Shown here in pieces: positions 63,200 to 64,000 of a DNA stretch of 64,000 bases; position 1 is the first letter of the stretch, and each line of letters starts with the position of its first letter. The DNA lies in NCBI RefSeq assembly GCF_006345805.1, contig NC_043005.1:100688001-100752000 (forward strand). The letters run 5' to 3'. The notes under the pieces were generated by a model. That model was not told the DNA's origin. It saw nothing but the letters and a program-made list of their open reading frames with translations, and did no database searches. The position numbers and the translations under genes are program-made. Origin of the DNA: Octopus sinensis (taxonomy: Eukaryota).

Positions 63200-64000
63200 A
63201 GTCATGATACACATATCAAGGAAACTCCCTTGTACCCTAGTCTTCCAGTTATAGATAACACAAGAAGAAAATGCTCCAAATCTTCACAAATGCTCAACCG
63301 TACAATTGTTGATGATTTTATAGCAAAAACTTCCTCGTCACAAAACACCATATTTGTTCTTCAAAACTGGAAAATATTTCGACTCCTGGTAATTACTAAT
63401 ACTCTACAAAGCTCAATTGAGATCTACAATGGAACACTCTTCATTCATGACAGACAGAGCTGTTACACACTTATACTAACACTCGAAAACAAAAGGCTGT
63501 CTAGTTGATTGACATTAACCCTTTCGTTACCAACCCGGCTGAAACCAGCTCTGGCTCTGTAGTACAAATGTCTTGTTTTCATAAGTTCTGAATTAAAATC
63601 TTCCACCAAACCTTAGTCACAATTTATGTTCCTAACACTAGCTGAATGATAACTAAGTTATTTTACTAAATTCTTTGTTATATTTAAAGTAATCGAAAGA
63701 AACACAGAACATCTCAAAATAAATACAGTAACAAAAGGGTTAAACACTCACCAACACACTTTAATCTCACTCCTACTGATTTACTGTCTTCTCACTCAGT
63801 CTTTCCTTTTCTATCAATGATTCCTGCTCCTCAGAAGTGCCTCCACCCAGACCCAATTTTGACTTGCAGGTAATCAAACTACATGTCAGCTGTAAGGATC
63901 TAGGTCAGTCTCAGAGGGATTGTGAAGGTTTCCTTTAGATCAAACTCTAAGACAATTCTGATTACAGTATTTTCCAGCATACAAGACAAATTTTTCAAAC
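63200..64000 (+). mobile_element. CR1/Jockey-group LINE remnant interrupted by a MITE
   Basis: FFKTGKYFDSW*LLILYKAQLRSTMEHS parallels the peptide at ~25250-25330. The sequence continues past the MITE. Confidence 0.6.
63519..63739. mobile_element. piggyBac-like MITE (221 bp) with TTAA duplication
   Basis: TTAA|CCCTTTCGTTACC ... GTAACAAAAGGG|TTAA. Confidence 0.88.

Overview
This is AT-rich eukaryotic DNA dense in microsatellites and transposons. The repeat landscape looks like a coleoid cephalopod (Octopus-like); that is my inference from recognising repeat families, not a database result. I can support only one host-gene exon: a 112-nt minus-strand coding exon (43011-43122) with canonical splice sites, encoding CSLMGYDLNRHWLEPNPWAHPTLYATKNVLMEADNSE. 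It matches the catalytic domain of cytosolic carboxypeptidase 6 (AGBL4/CCP6), so the rest of the window is probably giant intron. That intronic DNA holds a near-complete but disrupted Penelope-like element (RT + GIY-YIG) and fragments of RTE, CR1/Jockey-like and R4/Dong LINEs. It also holds mariner, maT and pogo-type DNA transposons, piggyBac-like MITEs, two non-autonomous Helitrons and at least three tRNA-type SINE families. The most notable structures are: (i) several minimal type-I hammerhead-like motifs at Penelope-type termini; (ii) a 3.6-kb satellite built from an RTE 3' UTR, with a ~1-kb higher-order repeat; (iii) a recurring set of short fold-back inverted duplications; (iv) a short (AAC)n-tailed retroposon with a fixed, structured 5' end; (v) an 11x32-bp minisatellite. 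Almost all ORFs in the supplied track are microsatellite or repeat artefacts. I found no prokaryote-type system such as CRISPR or an operon.
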